A stretch of 32,000 nt of DNA from Desulfotalea psychrophila LSv54 (GCF_000025945.1 NC_006138.1:1020001-1052000), one strand, 5' to 3'; counted from the stretch's first letter, positions 1-9,606 are shown. Numbers and translations are program-made. Notes: generated by a model not told the origin, from the sequence alone.

Positions 1-390
1 CCCGATAATCAGCGTAAGATTATTCCAAATGGCCAGGTCTATAATTCCACCATTACCAATGTTACGGTTAATCCCACCAGGCGGGTTGATGTCACCGTGG
101 GCATTGGTTATGACGATGATATTCGGGCGGCAAAAGAGGTACTTGAGGGTCTTTTGGCTAAACATGATAAGGTGTTTAGCGATCCGGCCCCACTTGTTGC
201 CGTGAGTGCCCTTGGTGCCTCTTCGGTTGATTTGGTCACCAAGTCATGGGTGAATACCTCGGATTATTGGACGGTTTATTACGCACTGACAGAAGAGATT
301 AAACTTGCCTTCGATGAGGCGGGAATTTCTATTCCGTTTCCGCAGCAGGACGTACATCTTTTTACCAATCAGGCAGAGCAGAAGGAGTAG
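1..390 (+). CDS. Mechanosensitive ion channel, MscS family (C-terminal part; 5' end lies outside the window)
   Basis: Frame 1 is open from nt 1 to TAG at 388-390. The translation PDNQRKIIPNGQVYNSTITNVTVNPTRRVDVTVGIGYDDDI...ISIPFPQQDVHLF matches the conserved C-terminal domain pattern of MscS-type channels. A hairpin terminator follows. Confidence 0.85.
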   Translation, partial: PDNQRKIIPNGQVYNSTITNVTVNPTRRVDVTVGIGYDDDIRAAKEVLEGLLAKHDKVFSDPAPLVAVSALGASSVDLVTKSWVNTSDYWTVYYALTEEIKLAFDEAGISIPFPQQDVHLFTNQAEQKE

Positions 391-395
391 TTGTT

Positions 396-428
396 AAAGA
401 CCTCTACCTTGGGTAGAGGTCTTTTCCT
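396..428 (+). terminator. Rho-independent terminator after mscS
   Basis: Perfect 13-bp stem aaagacctctacc (396-408) / ggtagaggtcttt (412-424) with loop ttg, followed by a T-rich tail. Confidence 0.75.
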
Positions 429-1499
429 GTGGCTGTACCCCAGCTTTTATGGAGAGCGTTATTGGTGTTTGAGAAGAGTGTTGAATTTGTTTTAAGAAGA
501 TATCTGGGGCCAGAAGAACTTGAAGGGCTGATTCTTACTTCGTTGGGCAATGGCCGGATAAACGATACTTACCTGGTGGAAAATATCAGAGAACCCTGGG
601 TGCTGCAGCGCATTAATGCTGAGGTCTTTGCGGAACCTGCCGTTGTTGCCATGAATTTTATAGCGATAAGTCGTCACCTTAATGCAAGAGTCGATAAGAA
701 ATACCAGTGGCCACGGCATATTCCCAGTCTGACAGGTGATCCCTTTGTCCATGACCGGTCAGGTGATGTCTGGCGTTGCCAGACTTATATACCTTCCTCT
801 AGCCTTCTGCCTAGCAGGCAGAGTATCTCTGCCATGGGGGCGGCTCTGGCCGCTTTCCACAGGGCTCTAGTGTCCATGGATAGAGAGCTTATACAGGACC
901 CCCTTCCAGGTTTTCATAACCTTCCTCTATATTTAGAAGAGTATGGTAGTCAGCCCCCCTCGCGGGAGGAAGCCTCTTTACGCTGTGCCCAGCAGCTGGA
1001 GCGGTTTCGAGTCCCGGCCCTCCTCTTTGCGAAGGCCTTGGAGAAGGAGGCCCTGCCGTGCCAATTTATTCATGGTGATCCTAAGCTTGATAATTTTCTC
1101 TTTGACCATGAGGGCAGGGTACTTTCCCTGATAGATCTTGATACCGTCTACTGGGCAAGTCCTCTGGTGGATATTGCCGACGCCCTTCGCTCTCTGCAGA
1201 GTCCGGCTGGTGGTTGGGCTATGGCTGTAGATTTGCATTCCTGTCAAATGTTTCTTCAGGGCTATTTGGCTCTTAAAGTGGATATTTTAGCAGGAAGGGA
1301 AAAGAGTTATCTCTTTGATGCCCTGTTGGCCATTAGCTATGAGTTGGCAGTGCGTTTTTTTACCGATCATCTGGCTGGTGATAGGTATTTTAAGGTAGAG
1401 GAGCATGGTGATAACCTTCGCCGGGCAGAGGAACAGTTTGCCCTGGTTGAGGATATTTTTCTTAAGGAGCTGAGCTTGAGAACTCTATTCCAGTCATAA
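429..1499 (+). CDS. Aminoglycoside-phosphotransferase-like (APH/ChoK family) small-molecule kinase, substrate unknown
   Basis: Catalytic loop FIHGDPKLDNFLF (HxDxxxxN), metal-binding LIDLDTV, and N-terminal LGNGRINDTYLV nucleotide-binding segment. The track start (GTG 429) abuts the terminator. TTG 462 or GTG 465, preceded by GGAG at 451-454, are more plausible starts. Confidence 0.75.
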   Translation: MAVPQLLWRALLVFEKSVEFVLRRYLGPEELEGLILTSLGNGRINDTYLVENIREPWVLQRINAEVFAEPAVVAMNFIAISRHLNARVDKKYQWPRHIPSLTGDPFVHDRSGDVWRCQTYIPSSSLLPSRQSISAMGAALAAFHRALVSMDRELIQDPLPGFHNLPLYLEEYGSQPPSREEASLRCAQQLERFRVPALLFAKALEKEALPCQFIHGDPKLDNFLFDHEGRVLSLIDLDTVYWASPLVDIADALRSLQSPAGGWAMAVDLHSCQMFLQGYLALKVDILAGREKSYLFDALLAISYELAVRFFTDHLAGDRYFKVEEHGDNLRRAEEQFALVEDIFLKELSLRTLFQS

Positions 1500-1607
1500 C
1501 TCTTTACCTATACCTTGGTGGCGTTGTATGGTAAAAGAGCCTTTCTGGGAAGAGGTTGTTTTGGTGGGAACCTTAAAAAACACTTTTTCTCCACCTTGGA
1601 GTCAGCG

Positions 1608-1636
1608 TTGACCTGAGCTTTATTGAAAGTTATAAT
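1608..1636 (+). promoter_or_regulatory. Consensus sigma70-type promoter upstream of tgt
   Basis: TTGACC (1608-1613), a 17-nt spacer, then TATAAT (1631-1636), about 45 nt upstream of the tgt ATG at 1680. Confidence 0.6.
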
Positions 1637-1667
1637 TTTAAAGGCTCCTTGTAATAAAAAAATATGA

Positions 1668-2808
<1,141 letters not shown>

Positions 2809-2872
2809 GGCTTGAAAGTATGTTGTTTAAAGCTCTTATATACAAAAAATTTTACCTGTTAGGAGAGACATT

Positions 2873-3205
2873 ATGGTAGGAGTAGCCCATGCAGCCACAG
2901 GCGCTGGAGTAGCTGGAGGATTAACCTCTTTTATCCCGCTTATTTTGATATTTGTTGTTTTTTATTTTTTGCTTATCCGTCCTCAGCAAAAACAGGCAAA
3001 GCAACATCAGCTTTTTTTGAGTGAATTGAAAAAGGGACAGAAGATTCTTACCAAGGGTGGCATTTATGGCACCATTACGGCTTTGAATGACAATGTCATT
3101 ACCCTTGAAATAGCAAAGGATATAAGCATCAAGGTTTCCCGTGATGCTGTTGCCGGTGCCGTTGATAGAAGTGGTGTTCTTGAGGGTCCTAAGGGTAAGA
3201 AGTAA
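2873..3205 (+). CDS. yajC: Preprotein translocase subunit YajC
   Basis: A single TM segment followed by FYFLLIRPQQKQAKQHQ...GDKILTKGGIYGTI-type motifs. The conserved tgt-yajC linkage is present, and the RBS aggaga lies upstream of the ATG. Confidence 0.9.
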   Translation: MVGVAHAATGAGVAGGLTSFIPLILIFVVFYFLLIRPQQKQAKQHQLFLSELKKGQKILTKGGIYGTITALNDNVITLEIAKDISIKVSRDAVAGAVDRSGVLEGPKGKK

Positions 3206-3226
3206 TCTTCTACTCGATTGATACTG

Positions 3227-3266
3227 GAGGCAGAGGGTTATTATGGCCTTTTGCCTCTTTTTTTTT
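3227..3266 (+). terminator. Rho-independent terminator after yajC
   Basis: Stem gaggca(gagg) 3227-3236 pairs with (cctt)tgcctc 3247-3257, followed by a run of 9 T (3258-3266). Confidence 0.6.
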
Positions 3267-3274
3267 ATGAAAAT

Positions 3275-4003
3275 ATGACCATGGCAACAAAGAAAAAATT
3301 TTATGCGATAGCCGTGGGCAGAACGCCCGGAATTTATACTGATTGGGCCACGGCTGAAAAGGAAGTACGGGGCTTTGCCGGGGCAAAATTTAAGGGTTTT
3401 GCCACTAAAGCGGAGGCGGAGGCGTGGAGGGAAAACCCTCTCTATACCTCTGCCAGGGGCTCTGGTGAAACCGTTAAAACAGCGAAGGCATCGAGCAGAG
3501 CGAAGGTGGTTTATCCTATAACTGGAGTTGAGGATAGAATACTTATGTACACGGATGGTGGTTGTTCGGGTAATCCGGGCCCGGGTGGATACGGTACGGT
3601 TATCTTGGATGGTGACAAGCGCATTGAACTGAGCGGCGGTTATCGTCGGACCACCAATAATCGGATGGAGATGATGGCCTGTATTGCCGGTCTATTACGG
3701 CTTGGAGAAACTAGTAAACCCATCTCTATTTATTCAGATTCACGTTATGTGGTTAATTCTATCAGCAAGGGGTGGGCAGCCGGTTGGCGTAGGCGCGGTT
3801 GGCAGAAGGCCGATGGAAAACCTGCCTTGAACGCTGATCTGTGGAAGATTTTTTTGTCTCTCTGTGAGGACAATCAGGTGAGCTTTTATTGGGTGAAGGG
3901 ACATGCGGGCCATGAATTCAATGAGCGTTGTGATCAGCTTGCCGTCAGTGCCGCTGCTGGGGGTGATCTTGCTGTAGATGCCGCCTATGAGGCCTTAGCT
4001 TAG
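3275..4003 (+). CDS. rnhA: Ribonuclease HI with an N-terminal RNA/DNA hybrid-binding (RNase H1 N-terminal type) domain
   Basis: The N-terminal KKKFYAIAVGRTPGIYTDWATAEKEVRGFAGAKFKGFATKAEAEAW is the HBD signature. The C-terminal RNase H fold carries DEDD residues in YTDGG, NNRMEMMA, YSDSRY and NERCDQLA. The track start at 3218 reads through the yajC terminator, so ATG 3275 (or 3281) is preferred. Confidence 0.88.
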   Translation: MTMATKKKFYAIAVGRTPGIYTDWATAEKEVRGFAGAKFKGFATKAEAEAWRENPLYTSARGSGETVKTAKASSRAKVVYPITGVEDRILMYTDGGCSGNPGPGGYGTVILDGDKRIELSGGYRRTTNNRMEMMACIAGLLRLGETSKPISIYSDSRYVVNSISKGWAAGWRRRGWQKADGKPALNADLWKIFLSLCEDNQVSFYWVKGHAGHEFNERCDQLAVSAAAGGDLAVDAAYEALA

Positions 4004-4007
4004 AGGT

Positions 4008-4040
4008 ATCTGCCCTGTAAGCAGGGCAGATGTTATTTTA
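4008..4040. terminator. Bidirectional hairpin terminator between rnhA (+) and ORF 4038-4394 (-)
   Basis: Perfect 10-bp stem atctgccctg (4008-4017) / cagggcagat (4022-4031) with loop taag, and T-rich flanks. Confidence 0.7.
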
Positions 4041-4394
4041 AAGAGAAAAAGACTGGGCTTGAGCTACCTCAATGGCAAGCTGGGCCCTTGCCTCGGAGTT
4101 CATGGTAAGATTATTCTCTTCACACCAAGCGGGGAAGGTTTCGGGGTCGATAAAGACCTTGATGACTTGGTCTCCCTCTGCCTCAACCTCCTGTTTTTTT
4201 GCTTCGGCTCTTTTCAGCCAAGCCTGATAACTCTGTGGTAGCAGTTCTGCGTCATTAAAGAGGCTCATCAGGGTGTCCCAGTGTTCCTCTTTGTACCAAA
4301 CCATTGCCTGGATGCTGGCATCTTTGTTGGCAATGTTTTCTTGAGCTTTTTCAGTTGTCTTGCCTGGTTTGTCAAACATTTTTTTCTTAGTCAT
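4038..4394 (-). CDS. Hypothetical acidic helical protein (118 aa), no recognised domain
   Basis: Clean ORF with an AAGG-type RBS, co-oriented 48 nt downstream of ORF 4443-4838 and ending at the bidirectional terminator. Core sequence: WYKEEHWDTLMSLFNDAELLPQSYQAWLKRAE...FIDPETFPAWCEENNL. Confidence 0.55.
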   Translation of the reverse strand: MTKKKMFDKPGKTTEKAQENIANKDASIQAMVWYKEEHWDTLMSLFNDAELLPQSYQAWLKRAEAKKQEVEAEGDQVIKVFIDPETFPAWCEENNLTMNSEARAQLAIEVAQAQSFSL

Positions 4395-4442
4395 GATAAC
4401 GCCTTTTTGGGTGCTATTAATCTGAGACAGTGCCGATGGGTA

Positions 4443-4838
4443 CTAGTCTGTTATTTTTTTTTTGACTATTTCTAAATATTCGATGAACTTTCCATTTCTT
4501 TTTGCAAATTCAATTTCATCACGGGTCGAATCACCGATATAACCACCCCTGTTGATGATAAAAATTTCGTCGGCAAGTTTCATCTTATGTCTGTGTAGTT
4601 GAGCTAAGAGCTTGATCTGTTCCGGACTTAGCGGGGTGCCATCAGCTTGAGAAAAAAACGCTAGAGTGAGAACAATTCTTCCCTTAAGGGTTTGTTCTCG
4701 TGCCACTTTTTCGAAGTCATCCTTGAAGCGAGTTGAGCCGCAGAGGCACATAATAGTGGGTCTGAAGTTGTCTTGGTTTGTCATCTGTTTTTGTATCGAC
4801 CCCATGGTGGTGGGTCGTCCTTTTATACTCAAAATCAC
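4443..4838 (-). CDS. Small alpha/beta protein with a CGSTRF motif; possibly a nucleoside 2-deoxyribosyltransferase-like (DUF4406-type) fold
   Basis: CLCGSTRFKDDFEKVAREQTLKGRIVLTL...HRHKMKLADEIFIINRGGYIGDSTRDEIEFAKRNGK. The family assignment is from memory only. The start is uncertain: GTG 4838, ATG 4805 or ATG 4784. The coding DNA is AT-rich. Confidence 0.5.
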   Translation of the reverse strand: MILSIKGRPTTMGSIQKQMTNQDNFRPTIMCLCGSTRFKDDFEKVAREQTLKGRIVLTLAFFSQADGTPLSPEQIKLLAQLHRHKMKLADEIFIINRGGYIGDSTRDEIEFAKRNGKFIEYLEIVKKKITD

Positions 4839-4976
4839 GAGATATATTTTATATATACTATTTTAAAAAATAAGCTTAAAAGACTGTCAGCTAAAAGAGA
4901 ATAAAAATTTTACCTGAAAAATATTTTTAATGATGTCCTGTGAAGTCAAACGTTTTTAGCTTTGTTACCTTGAGGC

Positions 4977-5810
4977 TTATAATCGTTGGCACGAGGGGCA
5001 AAAGAAGCTGGCTCTACCGCCTATCTTTTCGGATGAAATGGGACCTTGGCAGTGAGGGCAGGGAAGACTTTTTTTTCCGTAAACCTTAAAGTTCATTTGG
5101 AAGTATCCCTGTCCGCCTTTGGCATTAACGAAATCACTGATGGTTGATCCTCCGCAGTCAATGGCGTGTAGCAGTATCTGCTGGATGCATCGTGCCAACT
5201 TTTCCCACTCCTCCTGTTCTATGCTCTGCACGGATCTTGCCGGGTGGATAGCCGCCTTGAAGAGGCTTTCGTTGGCGTAAATATTGCCGATACCCACTAC
5301 GATATGACTATCCATTATAAAGTTTTTAATGGCGAGGCTTTTGCCCTCTGCAGCCCGGCGGAGATAGTCGGCAGTGAATGTCTCGCCCAGTGGTTCAGGG
5401 CCTAACTTCTGATAGAGACTCTCTTGAAGCATTCTGCTCTTGCCGGCCGGTAAAAATCGGATAGAACCAAAACGACGGGTGTCATTATAGCGAAATTCCT
5501 GATTATTGTCCAGCCTGCACCAAAAATGGTCGTGCTTTGCCCGTGCTTGTTCTTTAGGGAAAACGCCGAGCTGACCTGTCATTCCCAGATGGAGGACGAG
5601 GATGCCGCCGTCATTGAGGAATATGGAGATATATTTCCCTCGACGCTCCAACCGGGTGATCTCTTTCCCCGAGGCATCTCTGTTAAGCTCAGGCAGGGGT
5701 AGTGGTAGTCGTAGTTGCTTGCCACTACCGCCGACAGCCACGATTGTTCGTCCGCAGATAAGGGGACTTATACCTCTTAATATGATCTCTACTTCTGGTA
5801 GCTCTGGCAT
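4977..5810 (-). CDS. mutM: Formamidopyrimidine-DNA glycosylase (Fpg/MutM)
   Basis: N-terminal MPELPEVE, H2TH region, and a C-terminal zinc finger CPHCQ...FFCPSCQ. Confidence 0.95.
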
Positions 5811-6544
5811 AGCGCACCTCCGCTCTGCTTAGAATTCAGGAGGCAAAATGCCAGGGCGTAGTTGTCCACCAACTGGATACCAGCACTGTATACTGTAGCT
5901 TCTTCTATCTCCTTGCAGTGGAGTTGAAAGACTTCTCCTTCATTCTCTCTCTCTATGCTCTGCAGTCGAATTTCAAGAAAACCAGGCATGGGCCCGGTGG
6001 CAGTTACTGCCTTTTGCAGGGCCTCCTTGGCAGCCCACAGTTTTGTTAGCTGAATAATAAATGGATCTTCACCCTGTTGGAGGAGCTCCATTTCACCCCG
6101 GGAGCAAAATCTCTCTGCTACCCGTAGCAGGGTCTTTTCAGCCCTTTGAATATCAATTCCGCAGGGTCTTTCAGCAACAAGACTAATGGCGTAGTCCCGG
6201 CTATGTGATATGGATATATCGAGGGAAAGGTGGCCTGGGCTATTGAAGTAGGGTCGGCCATCTTCCCGGTTAAGAATTTCAATTTCTGCAAGCGATATGA
6301 GGATATTATCTTTGTTGTGAAGATATTCTTGAATGGCCTTTTTGCCAGCAAATCTGCCGGAGAACCATTCGCATCTTCTCTTATTCAGTTTATATCCCTC
6401 TAGCTGTTTTTGCTCTTTTTTGGTAAGCACTGCGAGGCATATTTTCTCTGCGGGGAAGAGTTCTGTGATAAAACCTGTAGGGCTCGGGGCCATTTTATCT
6501 TGAATAAAATTGCTTAATTGGCGAGAGAAAATATTTTTGTCCAT
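5789..6544 (-). CDS. 4'-phosphopantetheinyl transferase, Sfp type
   Basis: Motifs [26 protein letters not shown] and [10 protein letters not shown]. The 3' end overlaps the mutM start by 22 nt. Confidence 0.8.
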
Positions 6545-6667
6545 GGGGATGAAGCTCTCTTTACATTTGATAATTAATAAAAAACTTGCAGTGGAGAGTG
6601 GCTCTCGGCTCTAATAGAAGTAGTCTTATTATATAATTAACATATTTGATATGAGGTGGAGTGACCT

Positions 6668-7240
6668 ATGGATACAGGTAGTGTTTTTACAACGTATGAT
6701 TTCGTAATTTTGGGAATTCTTGTTTTATTTATAGGGCGTGGTCTGTGGACAGGGTTTATCCAACAAATATCCGTTTTTGTTGCCCTCTACCTGGGCTATT
6801 TCGTGGCCAGTCAATACTATAGTACCTTTTTCCCATTCTGGGAGCATATTTCTCAAAACCCAAAAATTGTTTTTTGGGGTAGCTACGCTATTGCCTTTTT
6901 GCTTACCTATGTATTGGCCATGCTGATTGGTCTTGGTTTAAGACATGTTGTAGAGTTGACCTTTACCTCCTGGCTTGACAGTTTACTGGGGGGGATTGTG
7001 GGCTTTGCCAAGGCTGCTCTGGTTATTGTTCTTCTTCACCTGTTTTTGGGTACGATAATGGCACCGGAGAATAAGATGTTACGCGACTGTGCCTCCTGTG
7101 AGGTTGTGGCTGATGTCTCGGACTATGCTCGTAGATTGATCAAGGATTCCGGGGTACAAGAGGCCTTTCTTATGAAAGATCCAGCCCTGTCTCTTGAGAG
7201 GGTTAAAGAGTATCTTGAACCAATAATGCCGTCTAAATAA
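6668..7240 (+). CDS. cvpA: CvpA-family (colicin V production) integral membrane protein
   Basis: N-terminal DFVILGILVLFIGRGLWTGFIQQI and four predicted TM helices are typical of CvpA. Confidence 0.75.
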   Translation: MDTGSVFTTYDFVILGILVLFIGRGLWTGFIQQISVFVALYLGYFVASQYYSTFFPFWEHISQNPKIVFWGSYAIAFLLTYVLAMLIGLGLRHVVELTFTSWLDSLLGGIVGFAKAALVIVLLHLFLGTIMAPENKMLRDCASCEVVADVSDYARRLIKDSGVQEAFLMKDPALSLERVKEYLEPIMPSK

Positions 7241-7255
7241 TTTCGAATAGTTGAT

Positions 7256-8059
7256 ATGAAAGAATATAAAAGAGTTTTAACAATAGCCGGTTCAGATAGT
7301 GGTGGTGGGGCAGGTATTCAGGCAGATCTAAAGACATTTTCCGCCTGTGGCTGTTTTGGTACCAGTGCCATTACGGCAATTACGGCCCAAAATACCCTTG
7401 GGGTAAGGGCCATTCACTCTGTTCCTGTTGAGATTTTACAGGCCCAGGTGCTTGCGGTTATTGAAGATATTGGGGTAGATGCCATTAAAATTGGCATGTT
7501 ACATTCAGCAGAGCTTATAGCTGCTGTGGCAGTTGTTCTGCGGGAGGCTGATGTGGAAAACATTGTCCTTGATCCGGTGATGGTGGCAACAAGTGGTGAT
7601 CCACTTATTGAGGAGAGTGCTGTTGATGCCATGAAGAAACTTCTCTTTCCTCTGGTGAAGGTCATTACTCCTAATATTCCAGAGGCCGAGATACTTCTTG
7701 GCCAGAAGATAGAGGGAGAAGACCTGGCCCAGGTCGCCCAGGCGCTTGCCGAGGAATTTTCTGTTTCTGTTCTGGCCAAGGCTGGCCATCAGCAGGGAGA
7801 TCTGTTTGTAGATGTTCTCTATAGTAGTGTAACAGAGAAAATTACAAGATTTCCCACCACCAGGGTAGATACTCAGAATACCCATGGAACAGGCTGTTCC
7901 CTCTCCTCTGCCATAGCCTCATTTTTGGCTCGGGGCGAAGATCTTGAAACTGCCATTGCCAGTGCTAGTCAGTATCTGCATGGGGCCTTGGTGGCAGGTG
8001 CAGAGTATAAAATAGGTGCAGGTCATGGGCCCGTACACCACTTTTATCGTTTTTGGTAA
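7256..8059 (+). CDS. thiD: Hydroxymethylpyrimidine/phosphomethylpyrimidine kinase
   Basis: VLTIAGSDSGGGAGIQADLKTF, ITAQNT, KIGML and HGTGCSLSSAIA motifs. Confidence 0.93.
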   Translation: MKEYKRVLTIAGSDSGGGAGIQADLKTFSACGCFGTSAITAITAQNTLGVRAIHSVPVEILQAQVLAVIEDIGVDAIKIGMLHSAELIAAVAVVLREADVENIVLDPVMVATSGDPLIEESAVDAMKKLLFPLVKVITPNIPEAEILLGQKIEGEDLAQVAQALAEEFSVSVLAKAGHQQGDLFVDVLYSSVTEKITRFPTTRVDTQNTHGTGCSLSSAIASFLARGEDLETAIASASQYLHGALVAGAEYKIGAGHGPVHHFYRFW

Positions 8060-8092
8060 GCGAATCTTGATGTCAGTGAGTAGGAGGTGAGA

Positions 8093-8674
8093 ATGAAGCT
8101 GCTTATTGTTTTGGGCAGTCCTCGCAGGCGGGGTAACAGCGAAATTTTAGCAGAGGAGGTGGTGAAAGGCCTTGCAGACGTTGAGGTGGAGTACCTGCGT
8201 CTGAATGATCTGAATATCCGTCCCTGCCAGGGCTGTGGTGGTTGTGAGAAAACGGGGATCTGTGTCATTGCCGATGATATGACAGATCTCTATGCCAAGG
8301 TGGATGCCGCTGATTCTCTGCTTCTGGTCAGCCCCGTCTATTTTTATGGGCTGACTGGCCAGACAAAAATTTTCATTGATCGTTGCCAGTCCCTCTGGTC
8401 GCGCCGCTATCTTTTGAAGGATTCCCATAGGATAGCAGAGGGTCGAAGAGGATATTTACTTTCTGTCGCTGCAACCAATGGAGAGAAATTATTTGACTGC
8501 TCTATGCTCACCGTCCGTTATTTTTTTGATGCCGCGGGTTACCATTACGAAGATTCTCTTTTAGTGCCTGGAGTTGATGCAAAAGGTGATATCTTACAAC
8601 GCCCGGTGGCGCTGCAGGATGCCAGAGACTTTGGCGAGAAGATGTTTGCAACTAGGAATGACCCATTAATATAG
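8093..8674 (+). CDS. Iron-sulfur flavoprotein-like NADPH-dependent FMN reductase (flavodoxin fold)
   Basis: MKLLIVLGSPRRRGNSE, followed by a CQGCGGCEKTGIC cysteine cluster and SPVYFYG. ATG 8093 follows AGGAGG (8082-8087); the track start at GTG 8087 lies inside the RBS. Confidence 0.8.
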   Translation: MKLLIVLGSPRRRGNSEILAEEVVKGLADVEVEYLRLNDLNIRPCQGCGGCEKTGICVIADDMTDLYAKVDAADSLLLVSPVYFYGLTGQTKIFIDRCQSLWSRRYLLKDSHRIAEGRRGYLLSVAATNGEKLFDCSMLTVRYFFDAAGYHYEDSLLVPGVDAKGDILQRPVALQDARDFGEKMFATRNDPLI

Positions 8675-8693
8675 ATTAACTTGAGGAGTAGAT

Positions 8694-9245
8694 ATGACTG
8701 AAACTTGCCGCTTACGGATATGTGGACTTGATCGCGAACTTCCCCTGGTGCGGATTGGAGATGATTTTTCTTTTGCCAAGTTTGTCATTATGGGAGATAC
8801 CGAATTGGTGGAGAAGGCGGCCGATATGATTGTGGCGCACCCAGATTTTCCCACCTATGATATAGATCTGTTGCTCTGTCCCGGCACCCATGTGTCTCCC
8901 CTGGCCCATGCCATTGCTACCAGGTTAAAGATTAACTATGTGGTAGCCCGGGAATCGGTAAAATCCTATATGCAGGATCAGTTGGTGGAAAAGGGCCTCT
9001 CTGTGTTAAGCAAGGAAGAACAGCTACTTGTGCTTGACGGTGCCGATGTCGAGGGACTGCAGGGGCGAAATGTATGTATAATTGATGATGTGGCGTCTAC
9101 AGGTGAGTCCCTCCAGGCTGTGGAGAGCCTGCTGGCCCGGGTAGGATGTAATGTTGTCGGTAAGGCCGTTATTTTACTTGAAGATGATGGTTACTCAGGA
9201 GATGACCTGATCTATCTGGATAGATTGCCCACCTTTACTAAGTAG
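8694..9245 (+). CDS. Phosphoribosyltransferase (Apt/Xpt-like type I PRTase)
   Basis: PRPP-binding motif VCIIDDVASTGESL, with the RBS gaggag upstream. It lies 19 nt after the flavoprotein gene. Confidence 0.8.
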   Translation: MTETCRLRICGLDRELPLVRIGDDFSFAKFVIMGDTELVEKAADMIVAHPDFPTYDIDLLLCPGTHVSPLAHAIATRLKINYVVARESVKSYMQDQLVEKGLSVLSKEEQLLVLDGADVEGLQGRNVCIIDDVASTGESLQAVESLLARVGCNVVGKAVILLEDDGYSGDDLIYLDRLPTFTK

Positions 9246-9315
9246 GTCCAGTCATCATTCTTTTGTTTTGAACTACCCTCTTTATTAAATATCTTATATG
9301 GGCAGGGCTTGTTCA

Positions 9316-9358
9316 TGGCCAGTGAACGGGCCACTGGCCACCGCTGTTGGATTTTTTC
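9316..9358 (+). terminator. Hairpin, possible terminator of the cvpA-thiD-flavoprotein-PRTase unit
   Basis: Perfect 9-bp stem tggccagtg (9316-9324) / cactggcca (9332-9340). The T-run (9352-9357) is about 10 nt away, so this is an imperfect terminator. Confidence 0.4.
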
Positions 9359-9590
9359 CATGGGTTTATTTTTGCCCTCTTTTTTTGATAAATCATATCA
9401 ATATCTTCTTAGAATATTTTTTTGTAAAAAATGTTTGCTAGACAGAATTTTTGAAAGTTGATGTGCCTTTCTGCTAATAAAAATAATGTTTGATGTCGCT
9501 TTTGTTTGAAATTGTTTTGTCATAGCGTTAAAAGAGATGTAACTATTTTGTCTAAGCGCTTTTTGTTGGCTAGGCAAGATCTCTTCTGCC

Positions 9591-9606
9591 AGGCACAGGG
9601 CTTGCC
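9591..9606 (+). promoter_or_regulatory. Candidate sigma54 (-24/-12) promoter for the APC permease
   Basis: aGGCAC-agggc-TTGCc matches TGGCAC-N5-TTGCW with exact GG-to-GC spacing. It lies about 110 nt upstream of the ATG at 9714. Confidence 0.5.

Noticed and set aside
3218-3274. N-terminal extension of rnhA (track start at 3218)
   Set aside because: The extension is translated from the yajC terminator hairpin and T-run (LLPLFFYEN). In-frame ATGs at 3275 and 3281 directly precede the conserved HBD.
7414-7885. Two minus-strand ORFs (121 and 126 aa) inside thiD
   Set aside because: They are antisense shadows of a confidently identified CDS.
9299-9454. Small ORF of about 51 codons after the PRTase gene
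   Set aside because: It has no RBS, spans the hairpin and T-runs, and has hydrophobic low-complexity sequence. It most likely arises by chance in AT-rich spacer.
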